In this document: one piece after another, positions 23,965-37,073 of the stretch
Numbering within the stretch: the first letter of the stretch is position 1
How the letters are laid out: every line of letters starts with the position of its first letter
DNA from: Lama guanicoe
Lineage: Eukaryota
Assembly (NCBI GenBank): GCA_013239625.1
Contig: MU053994.1
Span: 2,051,589 to 2,115,588, forward strand
Length of the DNA: 64,000 nt
Direction: 5' to 3'
Program-made: the position numbers and the translations under genes
The notes under the pieces: model-generated
Told to the model about the DNA's origin: nothing
What the model saw: only the letters and a program-made list of their open reading frames with translations
Databases searched by the model: none

Positions 23965-24714
23965 GAGAAAAAAGAACCTCCTACACTGTTGGTGGGAATG
24001 TAAATTGGTGCAGCCACTATGGAGGACAGTATGGAGTTTCCCTAAAAAACTAAAAATAGAGTTACCATATAACCCAGGAATCCCACTCCTGAGCATATAC
24101 CTGGAGAAAACTCTAATTCAAAAAGACACCTGCACCCCAATGTTCATAGGAGCACTATAATACAATAGCCAAGACATGGAGACAGCCTATATGTCCATCA
24201 ACAGATGACTGGATAAGAATGATGTGGTATATTTATACAATGGAATACTACTCAGCCATAAAAAGAATAAAATAATGCATTTGCAGCAACATGGATGGAC
24301 CTAGAAATTATCATACTAAGTGAAGTCAGAGAAAGACAAATATCATATGCTGTCACTTATGTGTAGAATCTAAAAAAAGATACAAATTTTATTTACAAAC
24401 CAGAAATAGACTCACAGACATAGAAAACAAACTAAGGTTACCAAAGGGGAAAGGGCAAAGGGATGGACAAATTAAGAGTTCGAGATTAATAGATACAAGC
24501 TACTATATATAAAATAGATAAACAGCAAGGTCCTACTGTATAGCACAGGGAACTATATTCAATATCTTGTAATAACCTATAATGGAAATGAATCTGAAAA
24601 ATAATATGTATGTATATATAACTGAATCACTTTGTTGCACACCTGAAACTAACATTATAAATCAACTACACTTCAATAAAAAATAAAATTAAAAAAAATA
24701 CAAATAAATAAAAA
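23965..24714 (+). mobile_element. 5'-truncated LINE-1 (ORF2 C-terminus + 3' UTR + poly(A))
   Basis: Translates [41 protein letters not shown] (L1 ORF2 cysteine-rich C-terminus), then 3' UTR and A tail. Confidence 0.93.
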
Positions 24715-25551
24715 ACCCAGAGTGGCTGGAACCAGCCTGAGCGCTGGGTGACGTTAAGAGAAATGTCGCAAATAACAGTGGCCAGGAGAGAGGGGCCTGC
24801 TTCTGGCATGTCTTTGAGAAGCTTTTATCCCCCTCACTTACCAGTGCAGGCTTGGGAGCTGGAGCCGGAAAGGACAGGATTACATTTATGTTCTAGAAAA
24901 CTCTCTCAGGCAGCAGCGCAGTGGATGGGTGGCACCGGGCAGGACGGAGAGAATTGGCTGCGTGGTCCAGGCCAGGGGTATGGGCTCCCGAGCCGCTGGG
25001 TTCTGGAGACGGAGAGGAACAGAGAACACTAGGAGACAGCGAGAGATGCTGTAGGAGAAAAATGAGAAAGAACATCAGAGAGCGAGGAGAAGAATGAAAG
25101 GAGGGGTATTTTTAAAGCTTCCGGTAAAACACATTTAAAAATACAGTCTGCTCAGCTGTCTATAAAAGCTGTTTCACTGAATTCTTAAGAAGGACAGAAT
25201 CAGTCATCAAAGCGATGCCCCGATTTCTCTCTAAAATAGGGCTTCTTAAATTGGGTTCAGCAGATAGAATTGTCAGGACTTGTGAACTTGGATGGGAAAT
25301 CTTTTTATTTTTCTTTTCATTAACCTGTAACTGAAATTTAGCATTTCCTCCAGCCCTGTGCGTAGGCGACCATCATCGTTGTGTTAGCGGTACATGTGAC
25401 TTGGTTGCTAATCACAGGTCTTTCCGTATCATAGTACAGTGCCTGTCAATAGCTCAATGTATTGATCACACTCATCACTGTTTTGAAATTATGGTATTTG
25501 TTAAGCCCTCTGTTAGGTCTTATTATTTAATTCATAATTAAATAGTCCCAT

Positions 25552-26338
25552 CCATTAGTGTTCTGGTAATCTATGCTATATAGCCAATTGCCTCAAAAGG
25601 TAATGGCTGAAAACAGCAACAATCATTTCTTTTGCTCTTGAACCTACAATCTGGGCAGGGCTGGGCGGGCTGTCCCTGCTTCCGGCAATGTCAGAGGCCT
25701 CGGATTGGATGATCCCAATGACTGGGAGCTCCTTTGGGCATCTCTGTCTCTCTGTCCCTCTGTTAAGTGGGCTGCCTCTGGGTAGTGAGACTTCTTACGT
25801 GGTGTCCCACAGCTCCCGAAAGACTGCTCCAGGGAATAAGGGAGGAACTTGCCAGGCAGCTTCAGATCCAGCCTTAGGAATTCCAGAATGTCAAGTGGAC
25901 AATATGAGTGAACGGGATCAAAAGGTACAGACTTCCAGTTATAACATAAATAAGCTCTGGGGCTCTAAGGTACAGCATGGTGACTATAGTTAATAACACT
26001 GTATTGCACATTTGCAAGTTGCTAGGAAAGTAAATCTTAAAAGTTTTCATCACAAGAAAAAGAAATGTTGTAACTCTGTATGGTGATGGAGGGTAACTAG
26101 ACTTAGTATGGTGATGATTTTGCAATATATACTAGTACCGAATCATTACGTTGTACGCCTGAAACTAAAGTTGTATGTTCATCATACATCAATGAGAAAA
26201 AGGAAGTTCCAGAATGTCGCTTCTGCCACGTTTTACTGGTCAAGCAAATCTCTTATTAAGGTCAGGCTAGGTACAAGGGGAGGGGACATAGACCCCACCT
26301 CTCAACAGGGTAAGTGTCAAAACATTTGTGGCCACAAT
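25552..26338 (-). mobile_element. MLT1-type LTR nested in the Charlie element
   Basis: Reverse MLT1 motifs on both sides of the L1 (AAACAGCAACAATCATTT...; CTTCTGCCACGTTTTACTGGTCAAGCAA...ATAGACCCCACCTCTCAA). Confidence 0.6.
25893..26206 (+). mobile_element. LINE-1 3' end (L1MA9-like) with TSD TTCCAGAATGTC
   Basis: AAAGGTACAGACTTCCAGTTATAA...GTACAGCATGGTGACTATAGTTAATAA. Identical 12-mer at 25881-25892 and 26207-26218. Confidence 0.8.
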
Positions 26339-26851
26339 GACTTTATCACAAATTTGTGGGGTTTTGGTAATTTGATAGCGTATTTCAACATACAGAGCAT
26401 GCTAAGCATGTGCTCTACCACTGAGCTATTCCCACCCCCAGGATGTATTTTTAAAACCATCATAGTTACCTTTATTATTTAGAAGAATTTATTATTCAAA
26501 TAACATATGAGTTGAAATTGTATCGCCTTTCCCACTGTCATAGTCCAAAGCTACTTTATTAAACTTCCCACAAATCTTTGACATTAGTGATTACACTTGC
26601 ACTACTCACTGAGTAGTGCGACCCTGCCTTTTCTGTGTGGAAATTTCATCCAAAGTTACAAGCACACATTGTGCAACCAGTAGGCTCTCTCTTTTATGCC
26701 TTCTTTCTGTGTGCATTTGTGGCCTCCACAACGAACCACTGACTGTATTGTATTTGAAAGCAGGCATTCAAGGGCTTGACCACAACAACGCCCACTATTT
26801 GTGTTGTAACCAGGAATAATGACTAAATCTTGATTAACTTTCTTTGCCTCT

Positions 26852-27207
26852 GCAATGAGCTGAATGTTCGTGTCCCCCCAAAATGTGTTATGTTGAATCC
26901 TAACCCCCCAAGGTAATAGCATCAGGAGATAGGGTTTGGGGGAGGTGATTAGGTCATGAGGGTGGAGCCCTCATGAATGGGATTAGTGCCCTTATAAAAG
27001 GGACCCCGGAGAGCTTGCCAATCCTTTCCACCATGTGAGGGCACAGCAAGAAGGCAACGGTCTATGAACCAACAACTGGGTTCGCACCAGACAAATCTGC
27101 CAGCACCTTAATCTTGGATTTCCCAGCCTCCAGAACTGTGAGAAATAAATGTGTGTTGTTTATAAGCCACCCAGTGTGCAGTAGTCTGCCATAGCATCCT
27201 GAACAGC
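26852..27207 (+). mobile_element. MLT1A-type solo LTR
   Basis: GGTCATGAGGGTGGAGCCCTCATGAATGGGATTAGTGCCCTTATAAAA...CCAGCCTCCAGAACTGTGAGAAATAAAT. Confidence 0.85.
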
Positions 27208-28386
27208 CCCTCCTTTTCTTTCTTCTTCCTTCCTTGCTTCCTTTTTTTTTTTTTTTAATTAAGCCAATCTTAAGCTTTGCAAACCAACATTGATTGAGGC
27301 CATTTCGGGTTAATGGGTCTTCCCCAAACACTACTCTGTTGTTCAAAATAAAGTCATTGAGAGTGTCCTCCAAAGCAAGAGCTTTTTCTGGAACTCAACT
27401 GTAAGGCAACTGTCACCAGTCAAATGGATCAATGCATCGTGATGGGTCTGTATGTTGTGGGAAATTCACAGAATGAAGCACCACATAGCAGTGAGAGTGA
27501 ATGGACTACAACCACACGTAACCACATGGATGAATCTAACAAATTCAGTGTTGAGAAAGAGAAACCAAACACAAAAGAAAAGGCACAGTAGGATCTGGTT
27601 TATATAACATATAGACAGGCTAGGGCTTACCCTTGGTGGGGAGGTGAATGGAGGGAGTCATTGGGGGGCCTTCTGGGGTGCTAGTCATGTTCTGTTTTAT
27701 CTGGGTGCTGCTTACATGAGTATGTTCAGTTTTTGAAAATTCATGTATTTATCAAGATGTATATTTATGATTTGTGTACTTTTTTGTATATTACATTTCC
27801 ATAAAAGTTTCTATGAAAAAGTTTCCCATTTTCTGAGGGAAAGTTTGGTTGCAAGAGTACTTTTATTTTCCTACCACTCCTAGTTGCTGGACAAGACAGA
27901 TGCTTATTTCTCTTTCATTGAAAGGCATACAGGACTGGTACGGCACTCCATTTCAGGGAACTGGTCTCCTTCTATTTTGTCAATCTCAACATCCTAGGTA
28001 CAAGATGGCTACACAAGCTCCAGCCATCACACTTGCATTCCCACCAGCAGAAAGGAGGCAAAAGAAACTCTATTGCTCCATCTCTGTCTCTTTCCCCTTG
28101 CCCTCAAACCCAGTGTCTTCTTGGATCTGCTCTACCACTAGACTGAGAGCACCAAGAAGTTGGAAATTGTCTGTCATTTTACCCCAGGTCCTGATATGGT
28201 GCCTGACCCATAGTAAGTGCTCAATAAATAATTCTTGAATATAGTGATTCTCAGGGTCCAATTTGGTGATTTGTATTACACTCCTATTTCTGTCTCTTAT
28301 CTGCTGCCTCTGCTCCCAGGCTCTGCTTCTGAAATGCCACTGTCCTTCAAGACCCAGGCATTTTGTCACCTCTTCTAGAATACATC

Positions 28387-28830
28387 TGTTATGAGTTGAA
28401 TTGTGTGTCTTCCCCCCACCCAAATTTGTCTGTTGAAGTTCCAGCTCACAGTACCTCAGAATGCGACCATTTTTGGAAATAGGGTCCTTGCGGATGTAAT
28501 TCATATTTGGAGTAAGGTGGGCCCTACTCCAGCATGACCAGAGTCCTTATAAGAGGACAAGTATGGAGACAGATGCACAAAGGGAGCGCGCCATGCGAGG
28601 ATGAAGGCGGAGATGGAGGGGATGCTTGTACAAGCCAAGGGACGCCAAAGACGGCCAGCAAACCACCGGAAGCTGGGGGAGGGGCCAGGAACAGATTCTC
28701 CCTCACACTCTCAGGAGGAACCAATCCTAGTGACATCTTCATCTCAGACTTCCGCCCTCTAGAAACGTGAGACCTTAACAAAGTAGCACAGATACAGCCC
28801 TTTGTTATGGCAACCCTAGGAAACTAACAC
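28387..28830 (+). mobile_element. MLT1B/C-type solo LTR
   Basis: TGTTATGAGTTGAATTGTG...TTTGGAAATAGGGTC...GGAACAGATTCTCCCTCA...TTTGTTATGGCAACCCTAGGAAACTAACACA. Confidence 0.8.
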
Positions 28831-29230
28831 AGCACCTCCCACCAAGCAGTTGCTCGGGTCTCTGAGTTCCCTGGGGGCCCTTTCACACTCTCTGGAGGAG
28901 GCTGTGAAATTCACTCTGGACAGGGGCCTACCTACCTCCCCTACCTACCTGTGAGTGAGTCCCCGGGGAAGAAGCACCGTGGGTCCTACAGAGTGTAGTG
29001 ACCCTTACCCGATACCCGGTAATTCACAGATATTTGTGAATTTGGCAGGGCCACAAAAGTACCCAGAGCCCCAAGAGTTAGGCTCCGTTTGAGGTGGTAG
29101 TGTGATTCAGTCAGATTTTTTCTTTCCTGTACTTAAAAATATATAAGGAAAATCCTCCAGGGCAAGAGGAGTAGTACCTTTTTAGCTGTGTTACAACCAA
29201 GCAGTAAAATCCAAGAAAACTGGGGATTTC

Positions 29231-29266
29231 TGGTTTGGTTTGGTTTGGTTTGTTTGGTTGTTTGGT
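29231..29266. repeat. (TTTGG)n pentanucleotide repeat, imperfect
   Basis: TGGTTTGGTTTGGTTTGGTTTGTTTGGTTGTTTGG. Confidence 0.85.
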
Positions 29267-30264
29267 TCTGGCGGTGCTGCACCTTTCAAGAAAAGACCTG
29301 TCAGCTTTGCGGGATTCCCAATTCAAATGATAGGAAACAGGGAACAAGAGAAAATTGGGGGAGCACACAGAAGGGCAGGAGGGGGGCGGCTGTCTGAAGA
29401 CAATGTAGCGTGAGGCTTAGAAGGTTGAAGGCTTGGTGTGCGGGTGGCCTCAGTTCTGAAATTGCCGGGCCTCTTGTGTCCAGAAAGATGCTGGATAATT
29501 TAATTAATTAACAAACAAATAAACAAATAAGCAAAAGCATAGGCCTCTCTGCTTGAGGCTTCCCTGAAGGAACACGGACTCCTGGGTCGGGCCATTTCTC
29601 TTTGCTGATGGGGAAGGAGGTAGAATCCGGGACATTCAGGCAGGGCCTGACTGGCCTGGGTTCTGGCCTTGGGCCTGGGGGAAGAAGGGGAGACATCTGA
29701 GCGACACTGAAGCCAAATGCGGGTTGATTTGGGGAAGGACCTGGAGGTCCTCAGAGAAGAAGGGGGTCTGAAGACGAGCTGAGAAGTGGGCCTCAGCCAG
29801 GGAGAGGCTGGAGCTTGAAGTGGGAGCATGGTCTGAAACTGGGCCTAGTCTGTGGAAAATGGCATTTTTTCCAGTCTCCGGAGAGTTCCTCGAGGTGAGG
29901 CTGAGTGTCTTACCTCAGGGCTCCTGGGTGTCCAGTCTGCTCATAATATCTGCCTCCACCCTCTCTCCCCTCAAGGAAGGCAAGTCAAGAGGACAGGACC
30001 AGTTCTGGAGATTCTAGGGGACAGTTAGGGACTTGTAGAGGCCAGAGACGAGGAGAGCGGAAGTCAGGAAAGAAGGAATTTGAGGGAGGGCAGAAGTTTC
30101 TAAACGAAGACCCAATGACAGCAAACATTTCATCAGGCCTAAGGGGCCAAAAGTGAGTCTACATTTTTTTTAGCCTGTTTCAAAGTTTATTTTATTCATT
30201 ACATTTCTATTCCTTTCAAGATAAGAGTCTTTAAAAAAGCAAAAAAAAAAAAAAAAAAAAAAAA

Positions 30265-30520
30265 GTGTTGGGAATATATCCAAAGAAGACAAAAACACTA
30301 ATTCAAAAAGACACATGCACTCCAATGTTCACAGGAGCATTGGATGACTGGATAAAGAAGATGTGGTATGTATATACAATGGAATGCTACTCAGCCATAA
30401 AAAAGAATGAAATAATGCCATTTGCAGCAACACGGATAGGCCTGGAAGGTATTATGCTAGTGAAATAAGTCAGACAGAGATAGACAGATATTGGATGCTA
30501 TCGCTTATATGCAGAATCTA
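30265..30520 (+). mobile_element. LINE-1 ORF2 3' fragment (internally deleted)
   Basis: [46 protein letters not shown]. Confidence 0.88.
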
Positions 30521-31645
30521 AGGGGCTACTTTTTAAAAGGGGACTTTGGGGGACATGTGAACTTTCAGGCCTCACATGTCCTTGGCCTCCATTCCAGTTT
30601 GTGGCCATGTCTGTTCTTTATCCCACCTGCTCGGTCTAAGAAATGTTCCTCTTGACTCATGGGAAGTGTCAGAGTGGTGGTAGTGGGCAACCGTGGGAAC
30701 AGGATCCAGGACTCAGGGGACTGACCCCTTATAATAATGTGAGAAGGGGAATTTAAGACAAAGCACACGTGTGTTGAAGAAGCCGGGTCATCTGTCCCGA
30801 GAGCATTCCATAGTCTGACTCTTGCTGACGGCATGCATCCTCCATAGTATTGTTTCCAGGTTCCACAGATCCCTGTATCTCACAAACTGGTATTTAGAGC
30901 AAGAGGCTTTATCGGTTTGGATTGGAGTGTTCTTTTTCTTTCTTTTTTGGCAAGACCATGTCACAGATGATGTTATGTTCCATTGGGCCGCTGTCTCTCT
31001 TTCTGTGATGCTGGTGATCTTTGATGACCGCTATAGATTCTAGTTCATCAGGGGCTGCCAAATGGTGATGTTACAATTCTATCACTTATTCTTCATATGT
31101 GTTAGCTAGGATCCTTCTAGAAAGTAAAAAGTCAACTGGTCTGTTATCCTAAAGATAGGAAAAATAAATGCTTGATTCTTTCCTTTTATTAACCAGTCTT
31201 CAGAATTATATTGGCTCCCAGGTATCCTGCAAAGGGACCAATGGGGTCTCTCTCTCTCTTTCCAGTATCATCATGAACCTATGAAATTGAACATACGGAA
31301 CGTGTTTCAATCCATGGCAGTTACTCTTCTTGATGTTCACATTGTTCCGTCTTTCACTGGTGGCTCCTAAGCCTTTTTAACCAAGCCCATGTCAAACTTC
31401 GAAAATTTCCTTGCTTTGTGGTATAGTATGTTCCAGGCTCACAGCTTCTGCTTTTCCTGCCCCAGATCTGGAATCAGCCAGTTCTCCAAAAAGCCCTGGT
31501 TCTTTTCAGTGGAAAATGGTATTTTGAGGCTACAATTTGGGCACTAAGATTTCTAAAGGGACACAGTCCACCTGGAGTCAAGTCTGCGTTGTCCAGCTTC
31601 CCTTGCAGCTAGCTATGACCACATGACTAAGTGATGGTTGACACA

Positions 31646-32433
31646 AAGGCAGACCTCAGAGAGATTGTGGGTTTGGTTCCAGATCAGCACAACAAAGTAA
31701 AATGAGTCACACGAATCTTTTGCCTTCCCAGTGCATGTGAAAGTTATGTTTACACTAGACTGTAGTCCATTAAGTGTGTGATAGCACTAGGTCTAAAAAA
31801 CCAACAGACACACCTTAACTAAAAAATACTTTATTGCTAAAAAATGCAAACCATCACCTGAGTCTTCAGCAAGTCATTATCTTTTTGCTGGTGGAGGATC
31901 TTGCCTCGATGTGGATGGCTGCTGACTGATCACGGTGGTGGTTGCTGAGGGTGGGGGTGGCTGTGGCCACTTCTTAAAATATGACCACAATAAAGTTTGC
32001 CCCATGGATGGACTCTTCCTTTCACTTGAACAAACATTCAGAGGCCACTGTAGGGTTATTAATAGGCCTTATTTCAAAATTATTGTGTCTCAGAGAATAG
32101 GGAGGCCTGAGGAAAGAGAGAGAGATGAGGGAAAGGCCAGCCAGTGGAGCAGTCAGAACACACGCATTTATCGAGTAAGTTCACCGTTATATATGGGCTT
32201 GGCTCGTGGCGCCCCAAAACAAATTAAAATGGTAACAATAAGATCACTTATCACAGATCACCATAATAAATATAATAATAATGAAAACGTTTTGAGAATC
32301 ACCAAAATGTGACACAGAGACACAAAGTGAGAAAATGCTGTTGGAAAAAAATGCCTCAACACAGGGCTGCTACAAACCTTCAATTTGTAAAAAATGTATG
32401 ATCTGCGAAGTGCAAAAAAGCGAGGTCTGCCTG
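31646..32433 (-). mobile_element. Internally deleted Tigger1-family DNA transposon inserted in an old MLT1 LTR
   Basis: Both Tigger1 ends recognisable. Perfect 11-bp inverted termini AGGCAGACCTC (31647-31657) / GAGGTCTGCCT (32422-32432). No transposase ORF. Confidence 0.85.
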
Positions 32434-33664
32434 TGAATGGAGCTGTTGGAGATGACTTCTGGGAAAAACCTTAAAGGAAGAAGCTGTGCCTTTTTGGTCT
32501 CCTTCTCCTCCCTGCTATCTGGAATGTAGATACAATGGCTGGCACTCCAGTAGCTTCACTGAACCATGAGGTGAAAGCCGTGCATTGAGAGAGGCAGAGC
32601 CAAGAGATGGTAGGTGAGCAGGGCACTGTTCATGTCTGGGCTTCCCTGATATGAATGAGATTTCAACTTCTATCTTATTTAAGCCACTATTGGTTTATCC
32701 ATGTGTTGTTATCATTCACTTTTTTGGTTTTGGCCCTCAAATCCAAAGCTATTCCTAACTGGTCCTGCAGGGTGTTGATTAAATAAATCTGAGGATAGTA
32801 AAATATGTTAATCATCAAAAATAATAACAGAGAAGTGTACTTATTCACGTTGTAAGATGTCACAATATGTTCAGTTTAAAAAGCTACTGATAAAACACCT
32901 GTACGATATGAAAAGACAAGGTAACAGATATATGAACAGAAAAAGAAAGTTGAAAGGATAGTCACCAAAACCTTGCCTCCCACCCACCCATGTGCTTGCA
33001 GTCCATATAATAAAAAATTTTTAATGTTTAAATTAAAGAATTTTTAAAGCTCATGCTCCAATAAGTTGGATTCACTTATTTATTTACCAGCAAATTAACC
33101 AAGACCCCAGGCTCAGTGGCCTCATGATGCTGCTTCTCTAGAGGACATTTGAGGCCGAGGCTCTCAAAATTGTCTCTTGTCCCTCCCCAGGGGGTGAATC
33201 ATCCAGAGCATGCGCAGTTCTGGAAATTTGTATTCCTTATTTCCGTGTAAATGAAAAATACCTACCTCCCCAGATCAGAATTTGGCAACTGGTGGGCCTG
33301 GGGATGGGCTGGTTTGGCTTGGTCTACACAGTGTTTTACGAATGTCATGACTGGGGGAGTACACGTAAAAATCCAGATTACTGGCTTCTTTTCTGAAAGG
33401 TCAGAAGACCCGGCAACCCAGGGTCCCCTCTCAGTGACAGCTGTCCCAAAGCCACACTGCACCCTCAGACAGGGCGTTTGTGGTTCCCACAGCCCCAGCC
33501 GCTCTCTGGGGTAACCCTAAGTCAGGTCCCTGTGAGCCTTTGGCCCAAACTACTCCTTTACACATGGCTCTGTGAAATGTAAATCCCTCTGCAGGCATTT
33601 CAGTGGGATTCCTTGGTTCACACTCCCTGAATGGTTTCCCTTCCGTAAAGATTTGGTGCAAAGG

Positions 33665-34142
33665 GTGCGTGATGCCTTTAAAATATGCCTCCAAATTCTT
33701 TGACCTTCTTCCCACAAAAGACGGAATCTAATCCAGCTCTTCTTGAAAACAGGCTGGCCTCATTTACTCAATTCTCACAAATAGAAGGTGGGGAGAGTGA
33801 CGGTGTGACTTTTAGAGGAAGTCATCAAAGGAAAGACAGCTTGGAAGTGGTCCCCGCTTTTAAGGGATCCTTGGCCTTGGAACCCAGCCCCCATGCAGGG
33901 AGGTGCCCCAGGCCACACACAGAGTGTAGGTGCTGCAGCTGACAGCCTCTGCTGGAGTCCCAGCCAACAGCCAGCTTCAATCGCCAGACATGTGAGAGAA
34001 AGCAAGTGCCTCTAGAAGATTCCAGCCCCAGACTTTGAGCCACCCCAGCGGACACCAAGTGGAGGATAGGTGAGCTGTCCCCGAGGAGGCCTGCTCAAGT
34101 GCCAGATTCACGAGCAAAATAAATGTCATTGTTTGGAAGCAA
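33665..34142 (+). mobile_element. MLT1-type LTR fragment
   Basis: CCAGCCAACAGCCAGCTTCAATCGCCAGACATGTGAG...GAGCAAAATAAATG. Confidence 0.65.
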
Positions 34143-34866
34143 GAAGTTTCTTTTTGACATCTTTATTGAAATATAATTCACATACCATAAATTTGACTCA
34201 ATTCAGTGGTTTCTGTACATTCACAGAGTCGCACAACCATCACCAGAATCCATTTTAGAATATTTTCATCACCTCCTAAAAAAATCTCATGCTCCTTCCA
34301 CCTTCCCCCAGCCCCTGGCAACTACTAACCTGCTTCTGTCTCTATGGATTTGCCTTTTCTGGACATTTCTTATAAATGGAATCGTATAATATGTGGTCTC
34401 GTGTTTCTGGCTTCTTTCACTCAGCATAATGTTTTCAAGGTTCATCCATGTGCTAGCAGGTGTCAGTACTCCATTCCTTTTTATTGAAAAGTAATATTCC
34501 TCTGTATGGCTAGACTACACTTTCACATTTATCCATTCATCGAATGATGGACATTTGGCTTCTATCCACTTTTTTGGCTCTTATGAATAAAGCTGCTATG
34601 ATAGTCACATACAAGATTTTCTGTGGATGTATGTTTTCGTATCTCTTGGGGACACACCTAGGAGTGGAATTGCTGGGGCATATGGAAAATTCTCAATTTA
34701 ACATTTTAAAGTATTGCCAAACTGTTTTCTAAAGTGGCTGCAGCATTTCACAGTCCCACCAGCAACGTACAAGGGTTCTAGTTTCTCCACATCCTCACCA
34801 ACACTTGTTATTATCTGTCTTTTGATTAAAACCATCCTAATGGGTGCGAAGTGTTATCTCATTGTG

Positions 34867-34975
34867 TTTTTTTCTCCTTTTTTTTTCTTTCTTTCTTTTT
34901 TTAATGGAGATACTGGGAATTGAACCCATGCATGTTAAGCACCTGCTCTACCACTGAGCTATTTCCCTCCCCCTC
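34867..34975 (-). mobile_element. tRNA-Ala-derived SINE (vic-1-like)
   Basis: T-rich tail, GGGAATTGAACCC, CTCTACCACTGAGCTAT. Confidence 0.8.
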
Positions 34976-35108
34976 CCATCATGGTTTTGATTTGCATTTC
35001 CCTGATGGCTAATGATCTTGAACTTTTTTTTGTGTACCTTTTGGCCATTTATATATCTTCTTTGGAGAAATGTCTATTCAAATCTTTTACATATTTTTAA
35101 TTGGGTAA

Positions 35109-35208
35109 TTTTTGCTTTTTTTTTTTTTTTGATGGAGGTACTGGGGATTGAACCCAGGACCTCATGCCTGCTAAGCACCTGCTCCACCATTGAGCTATTA
35201 ACCTCTCC
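35109..35208 (-). mobile_element. tRNA-Ala-derived SINE (vic-1-like) with TSD ATTGGGTAA
   Basis: Poly(T), GGGGATTGAACCCAGGACCTCATGCCTGCTAAGCA. TSD at 35100-35108 and 35209-35217. Confidence 0.85.
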
Positions 35209-36888
35209 ATTGGGTAACTTAATTTATCTCTTTATTATTGAGTTGTAAGGGTTCTTTATATATTCTGGATACGAGTCCATTAACAGATATAAGATTTACA
35301 AATATTTTCTCCCAGCCTGTGGGTATCATTCATAGCACAAAAGTCTATAATCCTGAAAAAGCCCAATTTACTTTTTTTTGGTTGTTTGTGCTTTTGATGT
35401 CATATCTTAAAAAACATTGCCCAACCAAGAGTTGCTCCTATGTTTTCTCCTAAGAGTTTTATAGTTTTAGTGTTTACATGTAGGTCATTGCTCCATTTTG
35501 AGTTCGTTTTGGGGTACAGTGTGAGGTCCAACTTGACTCTTTCCAGTTTTTCTAGCATCTTTTGCTAAAAAGATTGTCCTTTCCGCACTGAACAGTCCTG
35601 GCACCCTTGTCGAAAGTCAGTCGACCATCTACATGAAGGTTTGTTTCTGGGCTCGCTTCTATTTTATCCCATTGGTCTATACGTCTGCCCTTCCGCCAGC
35701 AGAAACCACAAAGTTTGGGAGTGACTTTTAGGTGGCCATCATAACCAGAACAGGGAGGTAACAGGGTGGGTGGGGAGTGGACAGAAAGGATCAACCTCCC
35801 TCCTTTCCTTCCTTCTTTCTTCTTCCTCCTCCTTCTCCTCCTCTTCCCCTCCCTACCCCTGCCTCCTTCTGGTAACCATTTCTTCCTCCATTGCCCCTGC
35901 CCCCACCCAGAGGTAACAGGTATCCTGAATTAAGGATGTATCATTCTTCTTGTTTCTATATCTTTGCTAACTACTCAGAAACCCATCAAGAATATAACAT
36001 GGTATTTTGCCTATTTATAAATGTTATATAAATGTGTCATGCTGTACACATTGTTCTGTGATCTGCCTTCTATTTTGGTCAGTATATATATAAGTTTGTG
36101 ACATGTGTCTTGGTTGATGTCACTGGGGTCTAGTAGCTCGTGGGTGGACCGTGAGCCAACATACCGATCCACTCACCTGCTCAAACGCCACCTCCCCAGA
36201 CAAGCCTTCTCTGTCCCGAACGGTCATCTAAAGCTGCCTTTTTCTTGCTTCCTTGTCCTCTGCTTTCTTTGAATAGAAACACACTGAGGATAAAAAGCAG
36301 TTTCCAGAATCAAATTGGGCCTCCGCTCACTCTGGTCCTAGTCCTCTTTCACAGTACGAGGGGCAGAGGGAAAGTGGGTGCGTTTGGGTCAGCCAAGGCG
36401 GAGAGGCCGAGCTGGGATAAGACAGGGAAGCCAGTCATTGGGGAGGAAGCAGGAAAAGTCAAGGAGAGCCTTTGGACCTCGATCAGGTCCAACACTTGAG
36501 AAAGGAGAGGAGAAGGAAGGAGGAAGGGGTAGGGAGACTGTCATACTGCAGTGTGGTTCCAGAAAGCTTGAGCTAAAGTCACCCCTTGGAGGTGTCCCGC
36601 ATCTTGCCAGAACGAGCGGCCCCAGTACTGCTGTGGCATCCAGTCACTGGCTGGGAACAGCCCCCAGGAAGTACGGCCTCGGCCTGAACGTGGTGGTGGA
36701 TCCGGAGGAGAAAGACAGCTGGGCTCTCCCGTGATACAGGCTCCCCAGGCGGGGCAGGCCTGAGCAGTGCGCTCTCGTGCCCCGCACAGCGACTCACCCC
36801 AGCAGCGTGGTTCCGGCTGCCCGCCTGCACTGACTTAATGAGGACCTCCCCACTCGGACTGAGACTTGGCTATAAACCCTCCCATCTA

Positions 36889-37032
36889 GGGGAGGGGAGG
36901 GTAAACAGCTTAAGTGGTAGAGGGCATGCTTAGCATGCATGAGGTCCTGGGTTCAATTCCCCATACCTCCTCTAAAACTAAATAAAGAAATAAACCCAAT
37001 TACCTCCCTCTACCCACCTCCCCCCCAAAAAA
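36889..37032 (+). mobile_element. Full-length tRNA-Ala-derived SINE (vic-1-like)
   Basis: GCTTAAGTGGTAGAGGGCATGCTTAGCATGCATGAGGTCCTGGGTTCAATTCCCC, with a tail structure like the 23343 copy. Confidence 0.87.
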
Positions 37033-37073
37033 CCTCTCCCATTTGGCCAGGCAGAGGGCTCTGGGGAGGAGGG

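Larger units (their letters stand above)
25237..26392 (+). mobile_element. Charlie4a-like hAT DNA transposon remnant, interrupted by an LTR and an L1
   Basis: AGGGCTTCTTAAATTGGG...GTGAACTTGGATGGGAAA...TAACTGAAATTTAGCATTTCC matches recalled Charlie4a. Appears to resume at ~26345 (ATCACAAATTTG...GTATTTCAA). Confidence 0.6.
34148..35700 (-). mobile_element. Old LINE-1 (L1M-type) 3' fragment carrying two SINE insertions
   Basis: Reverse L1 ORF2/3' UTR motifs (TTCCTTTTTATTG...TTTGCATTTCCCTGATGGCTAATGAT...TTTGGAGAAATGTCTATTCAAAT). ORF remnants such as IDQWDKIE. Confidence 0.85.
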
